Notes under the pieces: generated by a model
Seen by the model: only the letters and a program-made list of their open reading frames with translations
Databases searched by the model: none
Told to the model about the DNA's origin: nothing
Assembly: GCA_945883695.1 (NCBI GenBank)
Contig: CAMCYK010000002.1
Coordinates: forward strand, 5,676-69,675
Origin: Akkermansia muciniphila
GTDB taxonomy: Bacteria; Verrucomicrobiota; Verrucomicrobiia; Verrucomicrobiales; Akkermansiaceae
DNA length: 64,000 nucleotides
Reading direction: 5' to 3'
Shown: in pieces, positions 32,101-41,200 of the stretch
Position numbering within the stretch: position 1 is the first letter of the stretch
How the letters are laid out: each line of letters begins with the position of its first letter
Program-made: the position numbers and the translations under genes

Positions 32101-32917
32101 CGAGCAACCCGGCCTGCTCGAGGTTGATGATTTTTCCAACGGTGTCCGTGGCCTTGGCAAATTCGGCATCGGAGCGGTCGGTGGGCAGATAGGTCAACAA
32201 ACTGCCGTCGGATCCTTTCATGACCGAGGGGTCCGGCCGATGGCCTGCAAGCAAGGCGCGTTTTTCCGCCAAGGTCGTATTCCTGCCCGGATCGCGGTAG
32301 AGGTTGACGCGGGCCTTCACCGATTCATCGGAGACATGCCATGCATACGCACCTTGAACTTCGCCGTTCGTGGCAACCGGGACCAGGCCGGCGGTCGCTT
32401 TGGCGGCGGCAACGGCGTTCGCGCCGAGTGATCCCTCGCCGACCAGATCGATGGTTTCGCCGGTCCAGGCAGCGGTGGCGAAATTCCGGGTCCCGGGAGC
32501 CTCCATGTCGGCACTGGAAACCAGCCAGCGTTTGAAACGATTCGTTTTTTCAGCGGTGTAGTCCGGAGAGGTATTCGGGTTGAAATCCCACCATGATTCC
32601 CAAATTCCGGTGGTGTTGGGTTTGGCAACGGGAACCGCGGAGGTCGCGAGGATTTCCGAGGTGGCGGTGATCGCCCGGTCCGGGCCGGCGTGCTTCTGCA
32701 GATCGCCGATCGCCAGCGCCAGCGCCAGCCTGGCGTTCGCCCGGGCCTCGGCCTGAGCCATGATTTGCGAAGAGCTGCGCAGCGAGATCGCCGACAGGCC
32801 GAGCAGGCCCACTGCAATGATGGTGAGCAGTACCATCAGGGAGAGTGTTACCACCAAGGCGAACCCATTGCCCGTTTTACCGAACGCGGACTTGTGGCGC
32901 GGTGGGTGGAATTTCAT
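29162..32917 (-). CDS. Large PilX/GspK-like protein (Verru_Chthon cassette protein A-like)
   Basis: Prepilin-like G|FALVVTLSLMVLLTIIAVGLL, AEARANARLAL..LQKHAGPDRAIT, C-terminal VRGDTFVIRTYG and FGRRIKVVSFRWL. Start at MKFH (32917) inferred. Confidence 0.75.
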   Translation of the reverse strand: MKFHPPRHKSAFGKTGNGFALVVTLSLMVLLTIIAVGLLGLSAISLRSSSQIMAQAEARANARLALALAIGDLQKHAGPDRAITATSEILATSAVPVAKPNTTGIWESWWDFNPNTSPDYTAEKTNRFKRWLVSSADMEAPGTRNFATAAWTGETIDLVGEGSLGANAVAAAKATAGLVPVATNGEVQGAYAWHVSDESVKARVNLYRDPGRNTTLAEKRALLAGHRPDPSVMKGSDGSLLTYLPTDRSDAEFAKATDTVGKIINLEQAGLLDQAKDKIKPFRNDITPYSLGVLADVRGGGLKQDLSSMFEMGGATVNTLPAEFSGRKLYQSTHGITGVSDPNWSALAGYYNSFRNLTSPETNPRFTVNQAAISAADVPVAYNPAPVITKVDTIFSLVARPTTDVFWINGNQALKDYFDYHVNLIFTPVVTLHNPYNVNILFHKMEVRFENIPVAFNFMFQGGGSGSFVSQSVVPGSFEAINTMSYDGGSQHNGRTNKTFIMNIANWRDADPIATSSAISAPIVMKPGQTLVCGPSFPPSSSFKADTGGGHNTLGFDWDNRLTKAIKAKPSFTPGLGYEMYAVTIANMRKPGGVYPGGWTGHPFMMLRGPANPKISQSTVTDRFYIEFKAQRPGWYADNTTTTSTPATPSFKVEAKLQASSLGTLVPYAKLQFDYADDATLKNIFDDRVYRYPPTGSLSAPDCAAPGGVTYAQQDTFVRQFAIFSAYARTTNGGVFETNTRAKAPTESPQLNLLKDGRLAGKPFLFHNPSRSNFTTNLATEKPAVQAYELNFQPFLSKGDYQDYMEVDAANRVPSLTGNRTTTGIKSGSYLELPSGPLQTIADFRRSNALTTAFLPHFVQPVGNSLLHPLMSADKVVEINPGITRTQMLDHSVLANHALYDRFYFSTIATRGGTTPDAVFDQFMNGTSPLASQAFQPYLPGGKTAAIAKAELFTSGKPNGTAYKTAAEFQMIQGPFNVNSASVQAWKAMLASMNKSDVTILWARTAGLETKAASGVPVTSMSLVNGGANPGAAADAAKIDNQRTNVWNGFRELSDSDLENLAVKIVDEVRERGPFLSMSEFVNRQVGPLDPDRLLTLRGALEAAITKSEINEPNNAVSPATFLGQVPIGLADLGNTKLYNYKTPDATTGNPAAGAPGWVNQGDLLRILEPSATVRGDTFVIRTYGEARDASGNTTARAYAEAVVQRVPEYVDPADRPSLNASVDPAARPANRTFGRRIKVVSFRWLSGSEV

Positions 32918-33245
32918 GTGTCGGCGTGGAGTGGATTCAAGCCATGCAGACGGGCGATCGGTGAACACACTTTGACGAGTTGCTGTGAATTCGCTTCAGC
33001 GGAATGAGATTTGATGGAATAGGAACGGGCGAGATTGAGACAATCTAGCACGGGGAGAGCCATAAAGTCCCCAAACGACGGGAAGGGAAGGAATAATCTC
33101 CCGACAACTACTCCATTCAGAGAACAGGTTAGCGCGTTCGTCCGATCCTGCGGACATCCTTGCCTGAGGAGACCGCCGACCACCCGCGCGGGGGAATCCG
33201 GCGGCGACCTTGGCGCGGGATCAACCAACGGATAGGTGGCGGCGG

Positions 33246-36200
33246 CTATGGCTGCTGCGTGACCTTGAGGCGGGCGAAGCCGCGAGCCCCGAGGGCGGGA
33301 AGAATCACTTCCACCCGATCGGTTGACCCTTGGGGAGTGACCGTCACGTGGGTGGCGTTGCCCGCCGGAATGGTCACCCGGGTCCAGCCGGAGAGATTGT
33401 CGCCGTATTCGACGATCTGGGTGGTGCCGGGTGGGCGCGACGCCACGCTGCGGTCGTAGGCAAAGACCCAGGAGCCGGTGGACTTGCCGAGCACGGGCAG
33501 GACGGCCTGCGAGGCGACCACCGGATTGCCGTGGAGCACGGACTCCAGCAGATTGGTGATGCCGTCCAGGTCGGGATCGTCGTCGGGTCCATCGTTGCCG
33601 CCGGCGGCGAGCCCTTGCGCGGGATCGGCGGCCCAGGCGCTGAACGGCGTCGAGGCGACCGCCGGCAACAGCGCCACCATCGCCTTGCCCATGCTTTCGC
33701 CGATGTTGAAGTAGCTTTCGGCGTTCCAGTTCCAGTGATAGCCCTCGCTGCTCATGCCGATCACCTCGCCGAAGTCGAAGGGCCGGGTATCCACGGTGGT
33801 CACGGTGCCGGCGAACTCGGGATGGAGCGCGGGGTTGGCCACGTTGCCTTGCGCCACCAATACGGTGCCGCCGCTGCCGTTGGCCATCCCCGTGTTGCCG
33901 ATGACCACCGGCAGATGGGGCACCCCGAACTGGGTGCGGAGATCCTTGATCAGGTTGGCGAGGTTGGTTTCGTATTCCGCGGTGGTTTGACCGAGGTCGT
34001 TCCATCCCTGGTGCCAGGCAAAGCCGGCGATCTCGTAGCCGCCGCCGGTGTAGGCGGGGTAATAGGTGGACAGGCTGGCGAGCACCTGGTTGACCCGCGC
34101 GACCATGCCGGTGTAGTAGGGACCCACCGTGCCGCCGGAGCTGGGCGGACGAAAATCCACCTTCAGCGATTTGCCGCCGAAGGCATATTTGATGAGCAGC
34201 ACGCGGTCGCCCAGCTGGCTGCCGACCTGGAGGCCGAAGGCATATTCCGGCCCGACGCGTCCCTGGCCGCCGGTGTCGCCGAAATTGGCGTCCAGATTGC
34301 CACGGCGGTTCTCGCCGGTGCCGGGGTCGCTCCAATAGGTCACGCCCACATCGGCGCGGGTGATCCAGCCGGGGTTGCCACCGGCGACGGGGTTCGCGGG
34401 ATCCGCCAGGTAGCCGTAGCGGGAGGGGTTCCGGTTGAGCATGTTGCGCAGGCTGCCGAGCCCGCCCGCGAAACTGGTGTTGGCCGGATTGTTCGGATCG
34501 CGGCCGGTTTCGACACGTCCCTTGCCCTGCATGTTGGATTGGCCGGCCAAAATGAAGACCTTCAGCTTGCCGTTGCCGGCAGGGGGATCGACGGATTGGA
34601 ACAAGGGCGCGGTGGTCGCGGCGGGCGCACGGGAGGAATCCCCCGCATAGCGGGCGGTGATGGCGCTCCAGCCGACGGGGAGGCTCGCGGTGGTGAGGGA
34701 TGCCTGCGCGGTGCCGTTCAAGGGGGCGCTGCCCAGCACCGTGTCGCCGTTGGAGAAGGTCACGCTGCCGGTGGCGCCCCCGCCGGTCACGGTGGCGGTG
34801 AAGGTGACGGGTCGCCACTGCTTGGACGGGTTGGCACCGCTGGCGAGGGTGATGGTGGTCGGTGTCCGGGTCTCCACCACGGTCTGGACGAGCGCGGCGG
34901 AGGTGCTCGGCGCGCTGCCCGCGCCGCCCGCGTAGGAGGCGGTGATGGCATGGGTTCCGCCGCCAAGGGCGGTGGTGGTGAAGCTGGCCTGCAGGGAAGC
35001 ATCGAGCGGGCTGCTGCCGATGAGCGTTAGCCCGTCGTGAAACGTCACGCTGCCGGTGGGCGCGGCGCCCGCCACGGTGGCGGTGAAGGTCACCGCCACG
35101 CCGCCATTGGTGGGCTCGGTGCCGGCGGTCCGGGCCAGGGTGGTGGTCGTGGGCGAGCCGGCCGGGCCGACGGTCAGCGTGCCGGGACCGCTGAAACGGG
35201 TGTCGTCCTGGATGGTCGCCGGGGAAGCGGACGATCCATAGGTGCCGTTCGGCAGGGCGGCCCCGGCGTTGAAGGTGAGCGAGGAAACCGGGCGGGTGCC
35301 GATGAAGTCGAGCCGCAGCCGGGCGCCAGTGGTGAGCTCCAGAGCTCCGCCGCCGAGGGCGTCGGAGCGGGTGACGGCCAGCGTGCCGGCCTGGACCCGG
35401 GTGGTGCCGCTGTAGGTGTTGGCACCCGCTAGCGTCCAGATTCCGGAGCCCGCCTTGGTGATGCTGGTGGCCCGCTGGCCGGCGTTGCCGGTCAGGCTGT
35501 CGCCGATGCTACCGCTGATTTCGCCGCGGCCCGGGTGGGTGCCGGTGAGGCTGGTTTCCGCATGGGTCAGGGTCAGGGTCTTGCGGTTGTCGACACCGGC
35601 GCTGCCGGGAATCGAAACGGCACGGGTGAATTTCAGCAGGCCGCTGTCCCCGCGGGTGCTGGGAATGCCGGCGGAAGTGCCGGTTTGGCTGAGGACCGCG
35701 CCGCCGGTGGTGCCCGCCAGCCGGATCACGCGGTCGGTGGTTTCGCCGGGGCCGGAATAGAGCAGGGTGCCGGCGCTGGCGGTGCTGCCGAGGGAAATCG
35801 TGCCGTTGATTTCGGTCGCCGGGGCTCCCAGGTTGCTGGTCGCGGTGCCGCCGGTGACCCGGTTGAGCGATGCCACCGACAAGGTGCCGCCCTGCACCGC
35901 CACCGGCCCCGTGAAGTGGTTCGCGCCGCGGAGGACCAGGGGGCCGGCACCGGTTCCGGTTTTCGTCAGTCCTCCCTCGCCGCCCACGTTGCCGCCGATG
36001 CTCATGTTCCCGGTCGTTCCCAGGTTGAAGGTTGAAGTGCCCGTCAGGGTCACCGGTCCGTTGAGGTTGGCGGAGAAGCTGTTGCCGTTCACCACGGTCG
36101 CCCCGTTGAAGGTGAAGGCGTTCGTCAGGTTGTTGTTGCCGTTCAGGTTGAGGGTGGCCGGCGAGTTCACGACCACCGGCCCCGTGCCCAGCAGGTTGTT

Positions 36201-38042
36201 CGCGGTGGTGCCCAGGGAAAGGGATCCCGTGTTGACGGTGGTGCCGCCGCTGTAGCCGCCCGCGCCGCTTAGCGTGAGGGTTCCCGCGTGGTTTTTGGTG
36301 AGGCTGCCCGTGCCGGAGATCCCGCCGGAGATCGTCACGTTGCCTGCTCCGGTCCCGCCGAGCGCCAGATTGGCCGCCAGGCTCAACGGCGCGCTGATGG
36401 TGACCGCGCTGCCGCCGTTCTGTTGGATCTGCGGCAGGGTCGCGCCGTTGCTCACGAAGGCCAGCGAGTTGTTGCCGGCGAGGGTCACCGCGCTTCCCAG
36501 ATTGATCCGGTTGACCAGGAAGCCGGCGTTCAGGTTGTGGGTGGCGGTGTAAGTGCCGGCGCTGGTGAAATTGAGCGTGTAAGTCGCCCGCCCCCCGGCT
36601 TGCGGGGCCACCACGATGGACTCCTCGTTGGTCCAGTGGGCCGCGACGCTCCAGTTGCCGCCCGCGGCATTGGTCCACGTGAAAAGGTTGGGCAGGATCG
36701 CCTCGGTGACCGTGACGGTGTAGGCTTTCGTCGATCCGTCCTGGGCGGTGACGGTGTAGGTCTGCGCGGCGGTGAAGTTCCGGGAAGTGCCCGAAACCGG
36801 CGAAGCGGTGGCACCCGGAGAGAGCGTGAAGGTGGGAGCGAGGGCCATCCGGTCGGTGCCGACCGGCACGTCGAGCAGGACCGTGTCGGCCCCGATCGCG
36901 GCGGCACCCAGCGCGCCGAAGCTGAAGGTGAGGATGTCCTTGGCCGGGCTGAGCGGGACCGTGACGGTGCCGCTGCCGGAAAAGTAGGTGTCGTTTTGAT
37001 TCGTCGCGGGCGAGGCCGTCGAGCCGTGGGTGCCACCGGCCTGCGGGATCCCGCCGAGGGTCAGCGCCGCGATGTTGCGGGTGCCGGTGTAGTTCAGATT
37101 CACCTTCGAGTTGGCCGTGGCGCTGATGCTCAACGCGCCGCTGCCGAGAGCGTCCTTGTGTTTGCACTCCAAGGTGGACGCGGTGACGCTGGTCGGCCCC
37201 GCGTAGCTGTTCGCCACCGCCAGCACCACCGGCCCCTGGCCGTTCAAGGTGAGGCCGCCGGTGCCGCTGATGCCGCCGTTGAAGGTCATCCTGGCATAGT
37301 TCGGACCCTGGATGACGAGGTTGGCATTCAGGGTGACGGGGCCGTTCCAATTGTCGCCGAACCCGTTCTCGGGATAGAGATCGCCGCCGTTGACGGTCAG
37401 GGCGTTCGCGACGCTGACGCGTTGCAGCAAAAGGCGGCCGCCATTGAGCGTGACCGGGCCGCTGCCCAGCGCGGCGTCCGCCTGCAAATCCACCGTGAGC
37501 TGGCCCGCGTTGATGATGGTGCCGCCGGAAAACGTGTTGGCCGCGTTCTTGATCGTCAGCGTGCCGGAACCGGCTTTGGTCAACACCATCGAACTGCCGC
37601 TGATGATTCCCGAGGCGGTGAGATTCCTGCCCGAATTCACCGTCCAGGTCTGGCTGGCAGCCAGCGCGAGCGGGGTGCCCCAGGTCAGATTGACGGCGGA
37701 GGCCGACAGGTCGATGCCGGCCGGGCCGAGCGTCAGGGGGCCCGCTCCGGTAACCTCGATGGCCGACAAGGCGCCGGCCACGCGGATGCCGCTCCACGAA
37801 CCGGCGGTCCCGAGCGTGAGGCCCGCGCCCAGCGAGGTGGCGGCCCAGGTGGCGACATCGCCGGACCCCGGAGCGGCGCCGCCCCAGCTCGCGCCGGCCG
37901 CGAGATCGGTGCCGGTCGCGACCTTGGTGATGGTGGCCGCGGATACCGCGCCGGGGGCGCACGCGAACAGTGCGGCGAGGGCGGCGGCAAGCAAGCGAGG
38001 GAGATGGCGGGCGTTCTCGCCGGGGTCGCTGGGTTCTTTCAC
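33246..38042 (-). CDS. Secreted repeat protein with autotransporter-associated repeats, Ig-like domains and a SASA/CE6-like SGNH esterase domain
   Basis: VFILAGQSNMQG, GPEYAFG, KYAFGGKSL, WHQGWND, YHWNW esterase motifs; ends FARLKVTQQP. Start GTG 38042 inferred. Confidence 0.82.
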   Translation of the reverse strand: MKEPSDPGENARHLPRLLAAALAALFACAPGAVSAATITKVATGTDLAAGASWGGAAPGSGDVATWAATSLGAGLTLGTAGSWSGIRVAGALSAIEVTGAGPLTLGPAGIDLSASAVNLTWGTPLALAASQTWTVNSGRNLTASGIISGSSMVLTKAGSGTLTIKNAANTFSGGTIINAGQLTVDLQADAALGSGPVTLNGGRLLLQRVSVANALTVNGGDLYPENGFGDNWNGPVTLNANLVIQGPNYARMTFNGGISGTGGLTLNGQGPVVLAVANSYAGPTSVTASTLECKHKDALGSGALSISATANSKVNLNYTGTRNIAALTLGGIPQAGGTHGSTASPATNQNDTYFSGSGTVTVPLSPAKDILTFSFGALGAAAIGADTVLLDVPVGTDRMALAPTFTLSPGATASPVSGTSRNFTAAQTYTVTAQDGSTKAYTVTVTEAILPNLFTWTNAAGGNWSVAAHWTNEESIVVAPQAGGRATYTLNFTSAGTYTATHNLNAGFLVNRINLGSAVTLAGNNSLAFVSNGATLPQIQQNGGSAVTISAPLSLAANLALGGTGAGNVTISGGISGTGSLTKNHAGTLTLSGAGGYSGGTTVNTGSLSLGTTANNLLGTGPVVVNSPATLNLNGNNNLTNAFTFNGATVVNGNSFSANLNGPVTLTGTSTFNLGTTGNMSIGGNVGGEGGLTKTGTGAGPLVLRGANHFTGPVAVQGGTLSVASLNRVTGGTATSNLGAPATEINGTISLGSTASAGTLLYSGPGETTDRVIRLAGTTGGAVLSQTGTSAGIPSTRGDSGLLKFTRAVSIPGSAGVDNRKTLTLTHAETSLTGTHPGRGEISGSIGDSLTGNAGQRATSITKAGSGIWTLAGANTYSGTTRVQAGTLAVTRSDALGGGALELTTGARLRLDFIGTRPVSSLTFNAGAALPNGTYGSSASPATIQDDTRFSGPGTLTVGPAGSPTTTTLARTAGTEPTNGGVAVTFTATVAGAAPTGSVTFHDGLTLIGSSPLDASLQASFTTTALGGGTHAITASYAGGAGSAPSTSAALVQTVVETRTPTTITLASGANPSKQWRPVTFTATVTGGGATGSVTFSNGDTVLGSAPLNGTAQASLTTASLPVGWSAITARYAGDSSRAPAATTAPLFQSVDPPAGNGKLKVFILAGQSNMQGKGRVETGRDPNNPANTSFAGGLGSLRNMLNRNPSRYGYLADPANPVAGGNPGWITRADVGVTYWSDPGTGENRRGNLDANFGDTGGQGRVGPEYAFGLQVGSQLGDRVLLIKYAFGGKSLKVDFRPPSSGGTVGPYYTGMVARVNQVLASLSTYYPAYTGGGYEIAGFAWHQGWNDLGQTTAEYETNLANLIKDLRTQFGVPHLPVVIGNTGMANGSGGTVLVAQGNVANPALHPEFAGTVTTVDTRPFDFGEVIGMSSEGYHWNWNAESYFNIGESMGKAMVALLPAVASTPFSAWAADPAQGLAAGGNDGPDDDPDLDGITNLLESVLHGNPVVASQAVLPVLGKSTGSWVFAYDRSVASRPPGTTQIVEYGDNLSGWTRVTIPAGNATHVTVTPQGSTDRVEVILPALGARGFARLKVTQQP

Positions 38043-38136
38043 GGGTAGGTGGTGGCGGGTGGTCGCAATGGAGGGGTTCCAGCAGGGAAAACGACCCCCC
38101 CGTCCCGGGATGCCGCAATTCCCTTGAGACTCGCAA

Positions 38137-38213
38137 ACCCGCAAATCGACGCGGCGGTTTGCGGGTCGTGGTGGCAGACGCGGCAATGCCGGGAGTCTCG
38201 CTCCCGGCATTGC
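38137..38213. repeat. Two intergenic inverted repeats
   Basis: acccgcaaa/tttgcgggt (38137-38166) and perfect 13-bp gcaatgccgggag/ctcccggcattgc (38183-38213). Confidence 0.6.
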
Positions 38214-38291
38214 GGATTGATGAATCAGGAGGGTGCCGCCGGCGGGAGGCCGGCAGCCCCATGGGCGGATATCGAGGGGATCCTTGACGCT

Positions 38292-41200
38292 TCAGGGAAC
38301 CTTCGACACTTCCAGCCGGATGAACAGCCGGGGTTCACCGGTAGGCAGGGTGTATTCCAGCGTGCCGCCCGAGGGAACGGGCTGCGGGACGACCGGATCC
38401 CAGGTGCCGAGGCCGGTGGACGAGACGACCCGGTACGTGATGCCGGTGGCGGTGGCGTCATAGGGCCAGGTGACCTTGCCGTCCACGATCGAGGGATTCG
38501 GAGTGAAGGTGGAACCGGTCTGGCCCATGAAGTATTCGACGCCGTTCGGGACACCATCTTTGTCAAAGTCCAGATCGAAGCCTTCTCCGCCGGCGTTGAA
38601 CCCGGCCCAGAGTTCATAGCCCGTGGCCGGCACGAGGGCGATCTGGGTCCCTCCGTTGTAGGCGTAGTTGATGCTGTAACCGGCCAGCGGGCCGGTCAGC
38701 GGACTGACCGAGGCGAAGCGGGTCCCGGTGAGCGAGCTGTAGTTCGCCAGGATGTAAACCGCGTCGTCGAGCGGGGCGGTCGCGGTGAGGGTCACCACGG
38801 CATTGGTGATGTCCAGCGCGGCGGCATTGATCCGGCCGGAGCTGCCCGCGTCCACCGGATCGAGGCTGAAGGCGACGGTCGCCGGCAAGGTCAATGGCTG
38901 CGAGGTGATGTCGAGCACCGCGGTGGTCCCCAGGCTGATGCTGGAACTGGTGGCGATCGAGCCCGTCGCGCTGACGACCAGCGTGCCGGCCGCTACCGTG
39001 GTGCCGCCGGTGTAGTCGTTGGCGGCGGTGAGGGCCAGGGTGCCGGCACCCGTCTTGGTCAATCCCCCGCCGGTGCCGGAGGACAGGACTCCGCTCAACG
39101 TGCCATCGATCGGGGCGGCACCGTCATCAACCTGGACGGTCCGGGCGGCCGTGCCCAGGTCGAGCGGGTTCTGCAAGGTCACCATGTGGTTCGCCGTGGC
39201 GTTGCCCAGAATGATCGTCCTGCCGTTGAAGCCGGTGTTCGCCGTCGCCCAGGGGATCGAGGCCGAGGCGCCGCCGAGATTCACCAGGCGGTCCGCGCCG
39301 TAGGCTGCCCAGCCGCCGGCGCCGGTGAAAGTCGTGGCACCGGCGGTGGCGGCCGTATTCAAGGGGCGGGTGAAGTCACCCAGCGGCAAGCCGATCACCC
39401 CGCCGTTGAAGGTGAGGTTCCCCAGGCCGCCGGTGGCTCCGATGCCGCCGTTGAGCGCGTTCGGGTGGGCCAGCATCAAGACTCCGCCGCTCACGGTGGT
39501 CACCCCGCGGTAGAGGTTGGCGCCGGAGAGCGTCCAGATGCCGGTGCCGGACTTGGTGAGCCGGTTCGGGTTGGCGACGTCGCCATTGAGGATCACGCTG
39601 GCGATCTCCCCCGTCCCGTCGGTGGAGCCTTGGAGCACGATGGTCTTGGCACCCCGGTTATCGGTAATGGTGAAGGGACTGATGAACTTCAACAGGCCGG
39701 TCCCGGATTGGTCGAACGTGTAGGTCGTGCCGTTCGCGCCGCCCAGGTTGATCACGCGGTCCGTGGTCTCGCCCGTGCCGGTGTATTTCAGGCCGCCGCC
39801 TTGGAAGGTGGTCTGCCCGAGCAGGATCGTGCCGTTGGCGACGGTCGTCGGCGCGCCCAGGCTGCTGCTGGCGGCGTGAACGGTGCCCAGGCTCGGGTTC
39901 GTGAACACGCTGTTCAGGGATGACACGCTCAGGATGCCGTTGTTGTCGGTGATGGTCTGGCCGGTGTAGGTGTTGTTCCCGCTGAGGAGCAGCGTCCCGA
40001 CGCCGAAGTGCTTGATGCCCACCGGACCGCCGCCGGGGCCGGTCGAGTCGGCGAGGACCGAGGCGTATTCGCTGATGGACCCCGCCCCGCCGCCGCTGGT
40101 GTCCACGCCTCTCAATGATCCGGCGAGCAGGCCGTTGTTGTTCACTCCGGTCGCGAGACTGCTGAACAGGGTGTCGACCTGCTCGATGGTGAACTCGCCC
40201 CCGCCGCCGACGTTGAGAACCAGCGCGGCACCGCTGCCGACCGTGATGTTCGCGGGGGTCCACAACGCCTCGTTATTGCTGTAAAGCGAGGATTTGAACC
40301 TCAGGGCACCGCCGAGGATGGTCGTGGTGCCGGTGTAGCTGTTGTTGACGCCCGTGACCGGCACGGTGGCGCCACCGAGCTTGATCAGGCCACCCGTTCC
40401 GTCGATGTCGCCGTTGATGGTGAGGTTCCCCGTGACGTTGACCGTCGAAATCCCGCCCAAGGTGAGCGGACCGTTCAGAATCGAGGTGAAGGAATTGCCC
40501 GCCGTGACCGTCGCGCTGTTCAAGGTGATCGGGTTGGCCAAGGTGGTCCGGCCGAGGGCGAGCGTGGCCCCGGCGTTGACCGTCACCGGCCCGATCCCGA
40601 AGAAAGTCGTCGGGGTGGCGGCCGCCAGGAAGGAGACCGAGCCGCCATTGATGACCGTGCTGCCGACGTAGGTGTTGGTGAAATTGGTGACCCCGAGGCT
40701 GATGGTGCCGGCGCTGTTGAAGACCACCGTGCCCGTGCCCGAGATGACCGAGTTGAGGTTGAGCGTCTGGGCATTGCTGACGATGTCGAGTTCGCCGCTC
40801 GCACCGATCACCAGACCGGGATTCGCGGCCGTGCCCGAAAGGGTCAGGGCGCCCGTTCCCGCATGCATCAAGCCGTTCAGAGTCAAACCGTTGGTTCCCA
40901 GCGCCGTGGTGCTGGCGGCACCGGTGTAACGGAGGGTGTTCCCCGTCAGGCTGCCGCCGACCGTGGCGGCGGCGGCGTAGCTGTAGTTCGTCGTGTCGGA
41001 CGTCACGTTGGCGAGGGTGCCCGCCGTCGCGGCGGTGGCCGCGGTGGTTCCGGTGGCTCCCAGCCCGACGATTTGCCCCGAGCCGTTGTTGGCCGCGTAT
41101 TGCAAGGTCGTGGTCGATCCAACCGTGGCCCAGGTTCCCAGAATGCCATTGGTGTTGGCCTCCGTGGTGAGGGCGAAGCGGCTGGCCGTGTCCGGGATGG

